Positions 37,527-45,802 of a stretch of DNA of 64,000 nt are shown here, piece after piece. The notes under the pieces were generated by a model that had not been told where the DNA came from, searched no databases, and saw only the letters and a list, made by a program, of their open reading frames with translations. Position 1 is the first letter of the stretch. The number at the start of each line of letters is the position of its first letter. This DNA is from Escherichia coli (lineage in GTDB: Bacteria; Pseudomonadota; Gammaproteobacteria; Enterobacterales; Enterobacteriaceae), in NCBI RefSeq assembly GCF_965641715.1, contig NZ_OZ282453.1; one strand, 5' to 3'. A program made the position numbers and the translations under genes.

Positions 37527-40334
37527 TCAATCTTTATCGTAAAAACTGCCACGCCCGGCACGGGCGCGCCGTTCCATTTCTGCCCTGACCATTTCACCGA
37601 CCAGTTTCGCCAGTTCGCGGGGATTCTGCGTAACAACGTTATGCAGATGAACATGAATTTCACCACCAAATCCGGAGGCAACAGGCTCCCGGTTACGGGA
37701 AGTTACAGGAACTGATGCCACTGGAGATCGTATGGCCTCCGCCACCGGGCGGGAGCTGGCCGCAACAACAGGGACCAGCGCCGGAGGCAGCGGAGCCGGG
37801 ACCACGGGGGTGATATTAATTGCGGGGGCAGGCTTACTGACCTGCGCAATCTTCCGCTCCTGCCACTCCCCACGAACAGCAAGTGCGCGGGGCAGGTTCT
37901 TAAAGACAATATCGCCGGGGCCAATGCGTTTTTTCGTCTCATCAACCAGCTTACCTGTGTTATCAGCAATTTTGCTGAGTCTGCGTAGCGTCCCGGTATT
38001 GCTGTCTGTGAGCGGTTTATTGTCTTTGGGGTTATCACCTCCGGTGCCATTGCCATTTTCCACAGGCTTCGGCGGATTGATTTTCGCCAGGTCCCCCTGA
38101 AGCAAGGCAACCTTGTCCTGAAGAATGGCCGCACGCTGTGCGTCTTCGATTTTCTTTCTCGCCCTTTCCGCTTCATCCGGAAGCACACCGAGTTTTTCAA
38201 GTATCCACGCCAGCGTATCCAGCAGCATTTTTGCAGGCGTCAGAACAAGCTGTAGCGCGCCACCAAGAACGTTACCGAATATCTCGCCAGCACTGGTACA
38301 TTTATCCAGCGTTTCCTTGCTGGACTCCATCGGTGACAGCAGCGATTTAAACCAGTTAAAGAGCTGAATAATCCCATCGCGCACGACATCAAAAACAGGA
38401 CCAAACCGTTCAAAGGTTTCGCGCAACGGAGCCAGCCGTTCCATAATTCCACTGAACACCCCGGCATAAAACGCCTTGATGGGTTCCCAGTATTTCCAGA
38501 TGAGAACCGCCGCAGCCACAAACGCGGCAACAATCAATCCGACCGGACTGAACAGCGCCCCGATAGCGCCACCCAGCAACGAGATGGAACCTGTTACCAT
38601 TCCCCATAGTGCTGGCAGCACCCTGACGACATTCATTGATCCGGTCAGGAGAGAAAAACCAAGACGTAACGTGGCCAGTTTCCCGTGAAGCACGCCAATA
38701 ACCAGCGACAACGAGCCAATCGTTGCAGTCATTGCCAGCAACGCACCGCCTGCTATCAGTAGCTGGCGCGTCAGTGCCGGATGGGCCTGCGCCAGCGCCG
38801 TCACCCTTGATACCACCCGCGTGAGCCACTGCGTGACAGAACGCAGCGGGCCGTCAATCAGATCTGCAATGCGGATGCGCAACCCTTCCCATGCACTGCC
38901 GAGTGATTTCAGATCGCCGTCAAGGTTGTTGGCCATAACCTTTGCTGTGCGTTCAGCCTCACCGCGCGCGCCTTCAAGTTCTTTTCTCAGTTTAGGTAAG
39001 GAACCGTCACCCGCTGCATCAACGAGCGCCATAAACGATGTGAAAGCCTCTTCTCCGGCAATGTCCTTAAAGAACGATACCCGGTCAACTTCCCCGTATT
39101 TGCGGGTGGCTTTATAAAGGTCGGCCAGCACATCCTCCATCGGGCGCATTTTGCCGTTCGCGTCAGAGACTGCCACACCAAGCTCTTTCAGCGCCTCTGC
39201 TGCCGCCTTTGGCGGTGATGCAAGACGAGCCAGGCTGGCACGCATTGCCGTCCCGGCATCACTTCCCCTGATACCCATATTCGCCAGCACGCCCGCCATC
39301 GCTGCGGCCTGCTCCAGCGATATTCCCAGCTTGCCCGCCACCGGACCTGCATATTTCATGGTTTCGCCCAGTGCGCGAAGGTCAGTGTTGGTACGGGTAA
39401 ACGCTGCGGTGAGCGTGTCACCGACCCGGTCCATCTGGTCAGCAGAAAGGCCGAACTGCGTCAGGATATTTGAGCCAATATCTGCCGTCTCGCCGAGATC
39501 CATACCGCCAGCCGTTGCCATGCTCAGCACTCCGGGGAGCGCAGCCTGAATGGCCTGCGGTGTGAAGCCAGCCATTGCAAGAAATGCCTGCCCACTGGCG
39601 GCATCGCCTGCGGTGAACTGCGTTTCAGAGCCAAGTTTTAACGCCTGCTCACGCAGCGCCTTAAACTGCGGGCTGTTCTGGTCGATTCGCGTCAGCGCCT
39701 GAACGCGGGACATCTCTTTGCCGAACCCGATCGCGGGCTGCAAAAAACGCCCGGCAGCATAGCCGCCCGCCGCTGCCGCACCAATTGCCAGCGCACCACC
39801 TGTTTTCAGTTTTCCCGCGGTTTCCTGCGCGCGCGAATACCGCTCACGCGCCCGCGTTACACGCGCAAGCGCCTGCCGTTCGCGTTCAAGCTGGTTGTTG
39901 TACTGTTCGGTGCGTCTGATGGCCTGCTGGATGGTGTTATCGCTGCCTGTCAGGGAAATGCCGTGGCGTTTCAGCTCTCCGCCAAGTTCCCGCATTTTCT
40001 GAATTTCCCGTGTGCGCGATTCATTCAGGCGTTCAAGCCGGGTGCTTAACTGCTGCATCAGCTTTTGTTGTTTTTCGCTGAGCACTGTACCCGTGCGTTG
40101 TAACTGATTAAGAGCGTTAAGCTGGCGTCGTGCTTTCAATATGCCAGCATCCGCTTTACTGACAGCGTCACGGGCGCGCTCAAATGAACGCGCCTGACGC
40201 TCGAGATTTTTGATCGCCCCCTGCGTTCGCTGGATGGAGTCACCAAACTGCCCCATCAGGCGGCGGGCGTTTTCGGCAGGCCGGGTCAGCCTGTCAACGG
40301 CGCTGAAAGCGACCCGGATATCAAGAGTCTTCAT
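37527..40334 (-). CDS. T: Tail tape-measure protein (P2 gpT-like)
   Basis: ~935 aa, coiled-coil plus TM-rich middle; ATG 40334 follows gggaa. Confidence 0.85.
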   Translation of the reverse strand: MKTLDIRVAFSAVDRLTRPAENARRLMGQFGDSIQRTQGAIKNLERQARSFERARDAVSKADAGILKARRQLNALNQLQRTGTVLSEKQQKLMQQLSTRLERLNESRTREIQKMRELGGELKRHGISLTGSDNTIQQAIRRTEQYNNQLERERQALARVTRARERYSRAQETAGKLKTGGALAIGAAAAGGYAAGRFLQPAIGFGKEMSRVQALTRIDQNSPQFKALREQALKLGSETQFTAGDAASGQAFLAMAGFTPQAIQAALPGVLSMATAGGMDLGETADIGSNILTQFGLSADQMDRVGDTLTAAFTRTNTDLRALGETMKYAGPVAGKLGISLEQAAAMAGVLANMGIRGSDAGTAMRASLARLASPPKAAAEALKELGVAVSDANGKMRPMEDVLADLYKATRKYGEVDRVSFFKDIAGEEAFTSFMALVDAAGDGSLPKLRKELEGARGEAERTAKVMANNLDGDLKSLGSAWEGLRIRIADLIDGPLRSVTQWLTRVVSRVTALAQAHPALTRQLLIAGGALLAMTATIGSLSLVIGVLHGKLATLRLGFSLLTGSMNVVRVLPALWGMVTGSISLLGGAIGALFSPVGLIVAAFVAAAVLIWKYWEPIKAFYAGVFSGIMERLAPLRETFERFGPVFDVVRDGIIQLFNWFKSLLSPMESSKETLDKCTSAGEIFGNVLGGALQLVLTPAKMLLDTLAWILEKLGVLPDEAERARKKIEDAQRAAILQDKVALLQGDLAKINPPKPVENGNGTGGDNPKDNKPLTDSNTGTLRRLSKIADNTGKLVDETKKRIGPGDIVFKNLPRALAVRGEWQERKIAQVSKPAPAINITPVVPAPLPPALVPVVAASSRPVAEAIRSPVASVPVTSRNREPVASGFGGEIHVHLHNVVTQNPRELAKLVGEMVRAEMERRARAGRGSFYDKD

Positions 40335-40850
40335 TGTCTGTATTCCCGCTGCGAAGTGCCGCCCGCTCACGCCAGCTAACCACTTCGCCGGGAGTCATCA
40401 TGAAGATTTCGGCGGGCGACCAGTTAAAAATGGCGGCAATATCCGCCACAAAGTCTTCTATGTGCTCAAAGCACACAACCGTGATCAGGCTTCCGTCGCC
40501 TGTTCGTTCTTCCCGCCAGAGTCCGCACCGCTCAAAAAATTTACGGCAACCACACATAACTGAATAAAGTCACGGGATGCCATTTTTTTGATCGTCACTT
40601 CATCCAGTCGCGGTGATGTCACGCGTGACAGCAGCGTAAACATGGATTCCGCTTTCAGATTCAGCACATCAGACAGCGACAAATCTCGCAGAGATCCAGC
40701 CTGCTCAATAGCCCCGGTGATCTCCACATACGTGATTTTTTCGCCGCCTCGCTCAATTGGTTGGGTAAGTTTTACGCCACGCTCACTGGTTTCTTTCACA
40801 GTGTCAGTAACTACCGTGTTTTCGGTATCGATGTTTTTCGTCTCTTTCAT
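40321..40850 (-). CDS. gpE+E' -1 frameshift fusion chaperone
   Basis: T TTT TTG heptamer (complement of 40533..40539) in the E zero frame; the -1 frame is open to 40321 (ORF 40321..40557). Confidence 0.7.
40485..40850 (-). CDS. E: Tail assembly chaperone (P2 gpE-like)
   Basis: 121-aa ORF between FII and T; contains the slippery TTTTTTG. Confidence 0.8.
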   Translation of the reverse strand: MKETKNIDTENTVVTDTVKETSERGVKLTQPIERGGEKITYVEITGAIEQAGSLRDLSLSDVLNLKAESMFTLLSRVTSPRLDEVTIKKMASRDFIQLCVVAVNFLSGADSGGKNEQATEA

Positions 40851-40904
40851 CAGGAAACTCCTTTCAGTCAGAGGCGACGCACTGCGCCGCCTGCATATTA
40901 CTTA

Positions 40905-41417
40905 TCAGCCAAGCCCAAGCGCGGAACGGATACGGTCAGGCACAATGTCCTTGCCGTCCTTCCGGTAGATGAAGTTCAGCAGGTCAATCTCCCACAACGG
41001 GCGATCGTTAACACTCAGCTTGTAGTAGGTGTTTTTAATGGCGTAAGTGTGTGATGTGGCTTCGCCCTGTTTGGCTTCCCCCATATCAATTTCCGTCACA
41101 CGTCCGCGCATTTCGACTTCATACAGGTCGCTTTCTGCATCGGTGTAGTATTCACCCGCAAAACGCAGCAGCGTGCCGTCAATCGTGCCGCCATACTTAA
41201 GGAACAGCTCACGAACTGCGCCCCCCATGACAAAGCTCGCATCAAGCGCGGAGTCGTCCAGACCGAGATCAATACTTACCGCACCCATCATGCCGCCACC
41301 CCGGTAGCTGTCGGTTTTGCGCGTCAGCTTAGGCAGAGTGACGGACGTCACCTTACCCACTTCGTTTTCACCATCCACAAACAGCGTAAAAAAGCGAAGA
41401 TGTTTTGGCACAGCCAT
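40905..41417 (-). CDS. FII: Tail tube protein (P2 gpFII-like)
   Basis: 170 aa, follows the sheath gene. Confidence 0.85.
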   Translation of the reverse strand: MAVPKHLRFFTLFVDGENEVGKVTSVTLPKLTRKTDSYRGGGMMGAVSIDLGLDDSALDASFVMGGAVRELFLKYGGTIDGTLLRFAGEYYTDAESDLYEVEMRGRVTEIDMGEAKQGEATSHTYAIKNTYYKLSVNDRPLWEIDLLNFIYRKDGKDIVPDRIRSALGLG

Positions 41418-42601
41418 CAGGCACCTCCCAGCACCGCAAATGCGGGTTCAAAGTATTCATCAGTAAACGTCTGGTAAAGCTCCATGTCTTCCAGTGGCGG
41501 AACGGGCGTATATTTGTAGCGAATACGCACGCGCCCCTGACGTAAATCCGTGGTGCTGTTATCCACCACGTCATACCAGCACTCCGCGCCAATCAGTTTC
41601 CCGGCAGTAACCAGTGAATCCAGTTTTGCCCTGATGGCACTGATAACATCCTTCACGTTCGCAGGCGTCAGTGGACTGTCGATGGTTTCAAACTGCGCTT
41701 CCGCAATTGAATCAGCCAGCACCTGTGCGGTTCGGGTATACACCTCAAAGATGTAGGCGTTCGTTTCCGGTGTGCGGTTGCCCCAGAAGCGGAACCCGTT
41801 GCGACGAATAATGGTCGTGATTTCTTTGTTGTTGAGGCTGTTGGCATCGCTGTCTTCGGCCTGCAACGACCAGAACACATGCTTCGACATCCCCAGCACA
41901 TTTTTAACCGGAACGTTGGACAGTGATTTGTGCCACCCCTGCTCATGGTCAATGTACGCACGAAGGCCGCACGCATAGGCAGGTGCGGGGAACGTTTCGT
42001 TTTTGCCACTTTTCGGGTTGTAGGCGATGAAGTCCGGCCATAAGAGCATCACCTCACGTTCGTTGAATTTCTGGCGGTAGGTAATCGCCTCAGCCATCGT
42101 GTTACAGCCGTGACATGAGGCATACACAAACGCGCGCAGTTTACCCGCAATCACGCACAGGGATTTTGTTACAGCCTCCGTGTCCAGCTCCGGCGCGGCC
42201 AGAATACGCGGACGGTATCCGATGCTTTCATCCTGCTCTGCAACAAGCAGCGCATACATCCCCGTATAGCTGCCGTCAGATTCAGAACCACCGATAACCA
42301 GTTGATCCTGCGTCTTTCCGTCTTCTTCTTTGTGTTCAGCCACGCGAACGACGATCACCTTTGTGCTCACCTGGTCTGCGATGGCCTTAAGCGCACGATA
42401 AAGCGTCCCCGTTGTCCCGCATTTTCCCAGCACGTCATTGACGCGGGTCAGCAGTGTGGGCTTGTTCAGCGGGAACAGCTTCGCGTCCGCATCATCCGCC
42501 GTTGCCACGATACCGATAACGCTGGAATCAACATCGTTAATCGCTGTTACCAGGTCGGTATTTTCCGTAACACGGGCACCATGAAAACGAGTTTCACTCA
42601 T
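41417..42601 (-). CDS. FI: Contractile tail sheath protein (P2 gpFI-like)
   Basis: 394 aa, size and order as in P2. Confidence 0.88.
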   Translation of the reverse strand: MSETRFHGARVTENTDLVTAINDVDSSVIGIVATADDADAKLFPLNKPTLLTRVNDVLGKCGTTGTLYRALKAIADQVSTKVIVVRVAEHKEEDGKTQDQLVIGGSESDGSYTGMYALLVAEQDESIGYRPRILAAPELDTEAVTKSLCVIAGKLRAFVYASCHGCNTMAEAITYRQKFNEREVMLLWPDFIAYNPKSGKNETFPAPAYACGLRAYIDHEQGWHKSLSNVPVKNVLGMSKHVFWSLQAEDSDANSLNNKEITTIIRRNGFRFWGNRTPETNAYIFEVYTRTAQVLADSIAEAQFETIDSPLTPANVKDVISAIRAKLDSLVTAGKLIGAECWYDVVDNSTTDLRQGRVRIRYKYTPVPPLEDMELYQTFTDEYFEPAFAVLGGA

Positions 42602-42758
42602 AGCTTCAGCCCCTTGTATCCGTTAAATGATTCGGCAACAATCATCACCCACCACGCGCGTAATCTCACCCCTGCGCCGTTCTCCCGCCACGGCGACAAC
42701 AAAAAGCAGTAACCCCCTCCGCACGCACATGCGACCATGCCGCACAGGGAGGGAGCAG

Positions 42759-43868
42759 ATGACCGACACCACCATGCAATTGCTCAGTCAGGGCACAGAC
42801 CCCGTGAAAATGCCGGATTTTGATATTCTCGCGGAGGGTAAAACGCTGTCAGGCGTGGCAGAGCGCCTGATGAGCCTGTCAGTGACCGACAACCGGGGAT
42901 TTGAAGCGGACCAGCTCACCATCACGCTGGATGATGCGGATGGTCAGTTGCAGCTACCGCCACGGGGCGCGCGCCTGACGGTTCTCATTGGCTGGAAAGG
43001 AGAACCGCTGACAGAAAAAGGCACTTACATTGTTGATGAAATCGCTCACGAAGGACCGCCGGACAGGCTGACTGTTTCAGCCAGAAGCGCAGATTTTCGG
43101 GATGAATTTAACGTTAAACGTGAGGTGTCCTGGCATGATGTGACCGTTGAGCGTGTGGTATCCGCCATCGCTCATCGGTACGGTCTGAAACCGCAAATCA
43201 GCGAAATGCTGATGGATATCGAAATCGACCACGCCGACCAGACCGAAGAAAGCGACATGTCCTTTCTTACGCGCATGGCGGAAATGCTGGGCGCAATCAC
43301 CACGGTAAAAAGCGGTAATCTGTTATTCATTATGCCAGGCGGTGGCGTGAACGCACAGGGCCAGCCGTTGCCCTCGTTCGCCATCACGCGCAGCAGTGGC
43401 GATCGCCATCAGTTCCGCATTGCTGACCGCGAAGCGTATACGGGGGTACGCGCTTACTGGCTTGATCTTAATTACGGGAAAAAGAAAAAAGTCAGCGTGA
43501 AACGCCGCAAACCGCCAAAACCCAAAAAGGAGAAAAGCAGCAGCCGTGAAGGTGATTATATGGAAGGTGCGGAAGGCAATGTGTTTGTGTTACGCAAGAC
43601 TTATCAGAACGAGCAGGCAGCAAGACGCGCAGCGGCGGCAAAGTGGCAGCAACTACAACGCGGAGCCGCATCATTCTCCATCACGCTGACACGTGGACGA
43701 GCAGAACTCTACCCCGAAATGCATGGCACGGTAACAGGATTTAAAAGCGAGATTGATAATCAGGACTGGATTATTGCGAAAGCCGAGCACACCATTGATA
43801 ACAGTGGCTTTACCACGCAGCTTGAGCTTGAAGCAAAAATCCCGGAATGGATAGCAGAAACAGAGTGA
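42759..43868 (+). CDS. D: Late control / tail protein D (P2 gpD-like)
   Basis: ATG 42759 follows gggaggga; 369 aa; the earlier part of ORF 42627.. is likely non-coding. Confidence 0.85.
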   Translation: MTDTTMQLLSQGTDPVKMPDFDILAEGKTLSGVAERLMSLSVTDNRGFEADQLTITLDDADGQLQLPPRGARLTVLIGWKGEPLTEKGTYIVDEIAHEGPPDRLTVSARSADFRDEFNVKREVSWHDVTVERVVSAIAHRYGLKPQISEMLMDIEIDHADQTEESDMSFLTRMAEMLGAITTVKSGNLLFIMPGGGVNAQGQPLPSFAITRSSGDRHQFRIADREAYTGVRAYWLDLNYGKKKKVSVKRRKPPKPKKEKSSSREGDYMEGAEGNVFVLRKTYQNEQAARRAAAAKWQQLQRGAASFSITLTRGRAELYPEMHGTVTGFKSEIDNQDWIIAKAEHTIDNSGFTTQLELEAKIPEWIAETE

Positions 43869-43910
43869 GCAACTTAGAATAGCGGCAGCACCACGTTAAG
43901 GGAGGTCGCT

Positions 43911-44171
43911 ATGTTCCGTTGTCCGCTTTGTGGCGCATCTGCCCGTATCCGCACCAGTCGTCCGGAAAATGATTCAAACACCGTGCGGCAAAAGTATTAC
44001 CAGTGTAACAATCTGGAATGCGGCGTATGCTTCTCAACACTGGAAGCTTTCCATAAATTCACATCGAAACACGCCTCCGGCGTTCACTCTTCAGAAGGTA
44101 TCCCGTGGCATGAGCTGCCAGCTTCACACAGGGGAAACAATCAGATGAGTTTGCCTTTATCTCAGAATTAA
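43911..44171 (+). CDS. ogr: Ogr/Delta-type zinc-finger late transcription activator
   Basis: MFRCPLCGASARIRTSR...YYQCNNLECGVCF versus P2 Ogr MFHCPLCQHAAHARTSR...YHQCQNVNCSATF. Confidence 0.88.
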   Translation: MFRCPLCGASARIRTSRPENDSNTVRQKYYQCNNLECGVCFSTLEAFHKFTSKHASGVHSSEGIPWHELPASHRGNNQMSLPLSQN

Positions 44172-44259
44172 CAGGCAGAATTGCCGGAGTAACAAAAAAG
44201 CGATAGATTACGCGCGGGTGCCTTTCGGCTGATGGTCGGAGGGAATACCCGAAGGCCAG

Positions 44260-44496
44260 ATGTGGAAAGGCCCCGGAAAACATTTCTGTTTAACCGAGGC
44301 CCTAACACTTCTTACCTTCGCAAGTAGAAGGTTAGCGCCTCTCCTCTCAGGAGACAAGCGTTATGACGCAAATTCCGTTAAAAACCCTGTTACTTTGCAT
44401 AACTGCGGTAGCGATAATCTGGATCCTCCACACATCACCGTGCGAGTTACGATTCAGGTTTGCTGGCACGGAAATTGCGGCATTCTTACTATGTAA
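44260..44496 (+). CDS. mok-like overlapping reading frame of the hok-type locus
   Basis: ATG 44260 follows gaagg; overlaps the whole toxin ORF in another frame, as mok does in R1 hok/sok. Confidence 0.4.
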   Translation: MWKGPGKHFCLTEALTLLTFASRRLAPLLSGDKRYDANSVKNPVTLHNCGSDNLDPPHITVRVTIQVCWHGNCGILTM

Positions 44497-44503
44497 TAAG
44501 TAA
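44363..44503 (+). CDS. Hok/Gef-family type I toxin, 46 aa (not in the ORF track)
   Basis: MTQIPLKTLLLCITAVAIIWILHTSPCELRFRFAGTEIAAFLLCNK: TM helix plus the CE(L/I)R...E(V/I)AAF signature shared with HokA/HokB/Hok-R1; the SD aggaga is sequestered in tctcct-ctc-aggaga. Confidence 0.75.
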   Translation: MTQIPLKTLLLCITAVAIIWILHTSPCELRFRFAGTEIAAFLLCNK

Positions 44504-44512
44504 GATAACCGC

Positions 44513-44534
44513 GACGGGGGAGTAATCCCCCGTC
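44513..44534 (+). other. GC-rich hairpin at the 3' end of the hok-like mRNA
   Basis: gacggggg agtaat cccccgtc. Confidence 0.5.
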
Positions 44535-44590
44535 AATCGGTTGCTAAGGTTGGTCGAAACGGCATCCTATCTCACAGACATGAACAACAA

Positions 44591-44623
44591 ACCCGCAGCG
44601 TAAAAACTGCGGGTTTTCTTTTT
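44591..44623 (+). terminator. Intrinsic terminator
   Basis: acccgcag / ctgcgggt stem followed by tttctttttg. Confidence 0.75.
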
Positions 44624-44664
44624 GCTACCCTCACAAATGAGGGCACCATACATAAGCAATAGGC

Positions 44665-44715
44665 ATAACAGATCGATGCAATAAATCCGATCGATAAAAA
44701 CGATCGATTTGTTAT
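44665..44715 (+). promoter_or_regulatory. Dyad-symmetric region with three GATCGAT (Dam GATC) sites upstream of the com-like gene
   Basis: gatcgat at 44671, 44689 and 44702; outer arms ataacagatcgat / atcgatttgttat. Confidence 0.6.
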
Positions 44716-44752
44716 CATATCGGCAGCAGTAACCACACAAGAGGTGCCGCAA

Positions 44753-44950
44753 ATGACGCAAAATGTACGATGCAAAAATTGCAACAAACTACTTGCCCGC
44801 GCCTCATTTCACTACATTGAAATAAAATGTCCGCGCTGCAAAACACTTAACCAGATAACGAGAGCCATCGAGCACCCCACACACATGAGGAGTTATGACC
44901 GTGGGGATCGCAATCCAGCACCAACCAGCACATACGCCAGAACACACTAA
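44753..44950 (+). CDS. com: Mu Com-like zinc-finger translational regulator
   Basis: MTQNVRCKNCNKLLARASFHYIEIKCPRCKTLNQITRAIEHPT versus Mu Com MKSIRCKNCNKLLFKADSFDHIEIRCPRCKRHIIMLNACEHPT; aagaggtg RBS. Confidence 0.85.
   Translation: MTQNVRCKNCNKLLARASFHYIEIKCPRCKTLNQITRAIEHPTHMRSYDRGDRNPAPTSTYARTH
44875..44906 (+). promoter_or_regulatory. Stem-loop enclosing the SD and ATG of the methyltransferase gene
   Basis: CCCCAC (44875-44880) / GTGGGG (44901-44906) flank gaggag and ATG 44895. Confidence 0.5.
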
Positions 44951-45701
44951 GGTTTATCAGACTGACAATGTCACGCTCTGTTGTGGGAATGCACTGGAAA
45001 TATTGCCGCTGATTGAGCCAGAAAGCATTGATGCCTTAATCACTGACCCGCCTTACAGTTCGGGTGCGACACACAAGGCCGGACGCACCAATCAGGGCAG
45101 CCATGCAAAATATCTGAACGGCGAGAACCTTCACCGCTTTGATGGGTTCGCGGGTGAAAACATGGACGCCCGTTCGTGGGCTTACTGGACACAATTATGG
45201 ATGGCACAGGCACACCGCGCAGTCAGGCCAGGCGGTTATGCCATGGTATTTACTGACTGGCGACAACTACCAGCTTTAACCGATGCGTTTCAGGCCAGTG
45301 GCTTTACATGGCGCGGCATCATTGCGTGGAACAAGGGGAGGGGGTCACGAACACCACATACCGGGTATTTCCGGCATCAGTGCGAATACATCGTCTGGGG
45401 CAGCAAAGGCCATTTAGATAAATCGCCTTCGGGGCCGTTCGACGGCTGCATGACGTACCCGGTTATCCCGTCAAAGAAAATGCACCCGACCGGAAAACCA
45501 GAAGAACTAATGGCGGAACTGGTCAGGACTGTGAATAGTGGCGGAACAGTCCTTGATCCTTTTATGGGGTCAGGGACAACGGGTGTGGCTGCACTGAAAG
45601 CAGGGCGAAAATTTATTGGTATAGAAACCAGTGATCATTATTTTGAGGTAGCAGCGCAGCGGCTTCGGGGGACTATTACCACAACCATTTCGGCTACATA
45701 A
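44895..45701 (+). CDS. Beta-class N6-adenine/N4-cytosine DNA methyltransferase
   Basis: Motif IV DPPY (res 51-54) lies N-terminal to motif I VLDPFMGSGTTG; the start lies 56 nt inside the com-like ORF. Confidence 0.85.
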   Translation: MTVGIAIQHQPAHTPEHTKVYQTDNVTLCCGNALEILPLIEPESIDALITDPPYSSGATHKAGRTNQGSHAKYLNGENLHRFDGFAGENMDARSWAYWTQLWMAQAHRAVRPGGYAMVFTDWRQLPALTDAFQASGFTWRGIIAWNKGRGSRTPHTGYFRHQCEYIVWGSKGHLDKSPSGPFDGCMTYPVIPSKKMHPTGKPEELMAELVRTVNSGGTVLDPFMGSGTTGVAALKAGRKFIGIETSDHYFEVAAQRLRGTITTTISAT

Positions 45702-45705
45702 GACA

Positions 45706-45728
45706 AAGCCCGCATTTTTTGCGGGCTT
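45706..45728 (+). terminator. Hairpin after the methyltransferase gene
   Basis: aagcccgc attttttt gcgggctt. Confidence 0.6.
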
Positions 45729-45742
45729 GTATATCATTACTG

Positions 45743-45762
45743 ATGTGGACAGTTTGTGGATG
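45743..45762 (+). repeat. Candidate Int arm-type sites near attR (2 x TGTGGA, 11-bp phasing)
   Basis: atgtggac 45743-45750 and tgtggatg 45755-45762. Confidence 0.45.
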
Positions 45763-45802
45763 TTTATAAGAAATAAGCTAATAGAAACAATTTGTTAGCT
45801 TT

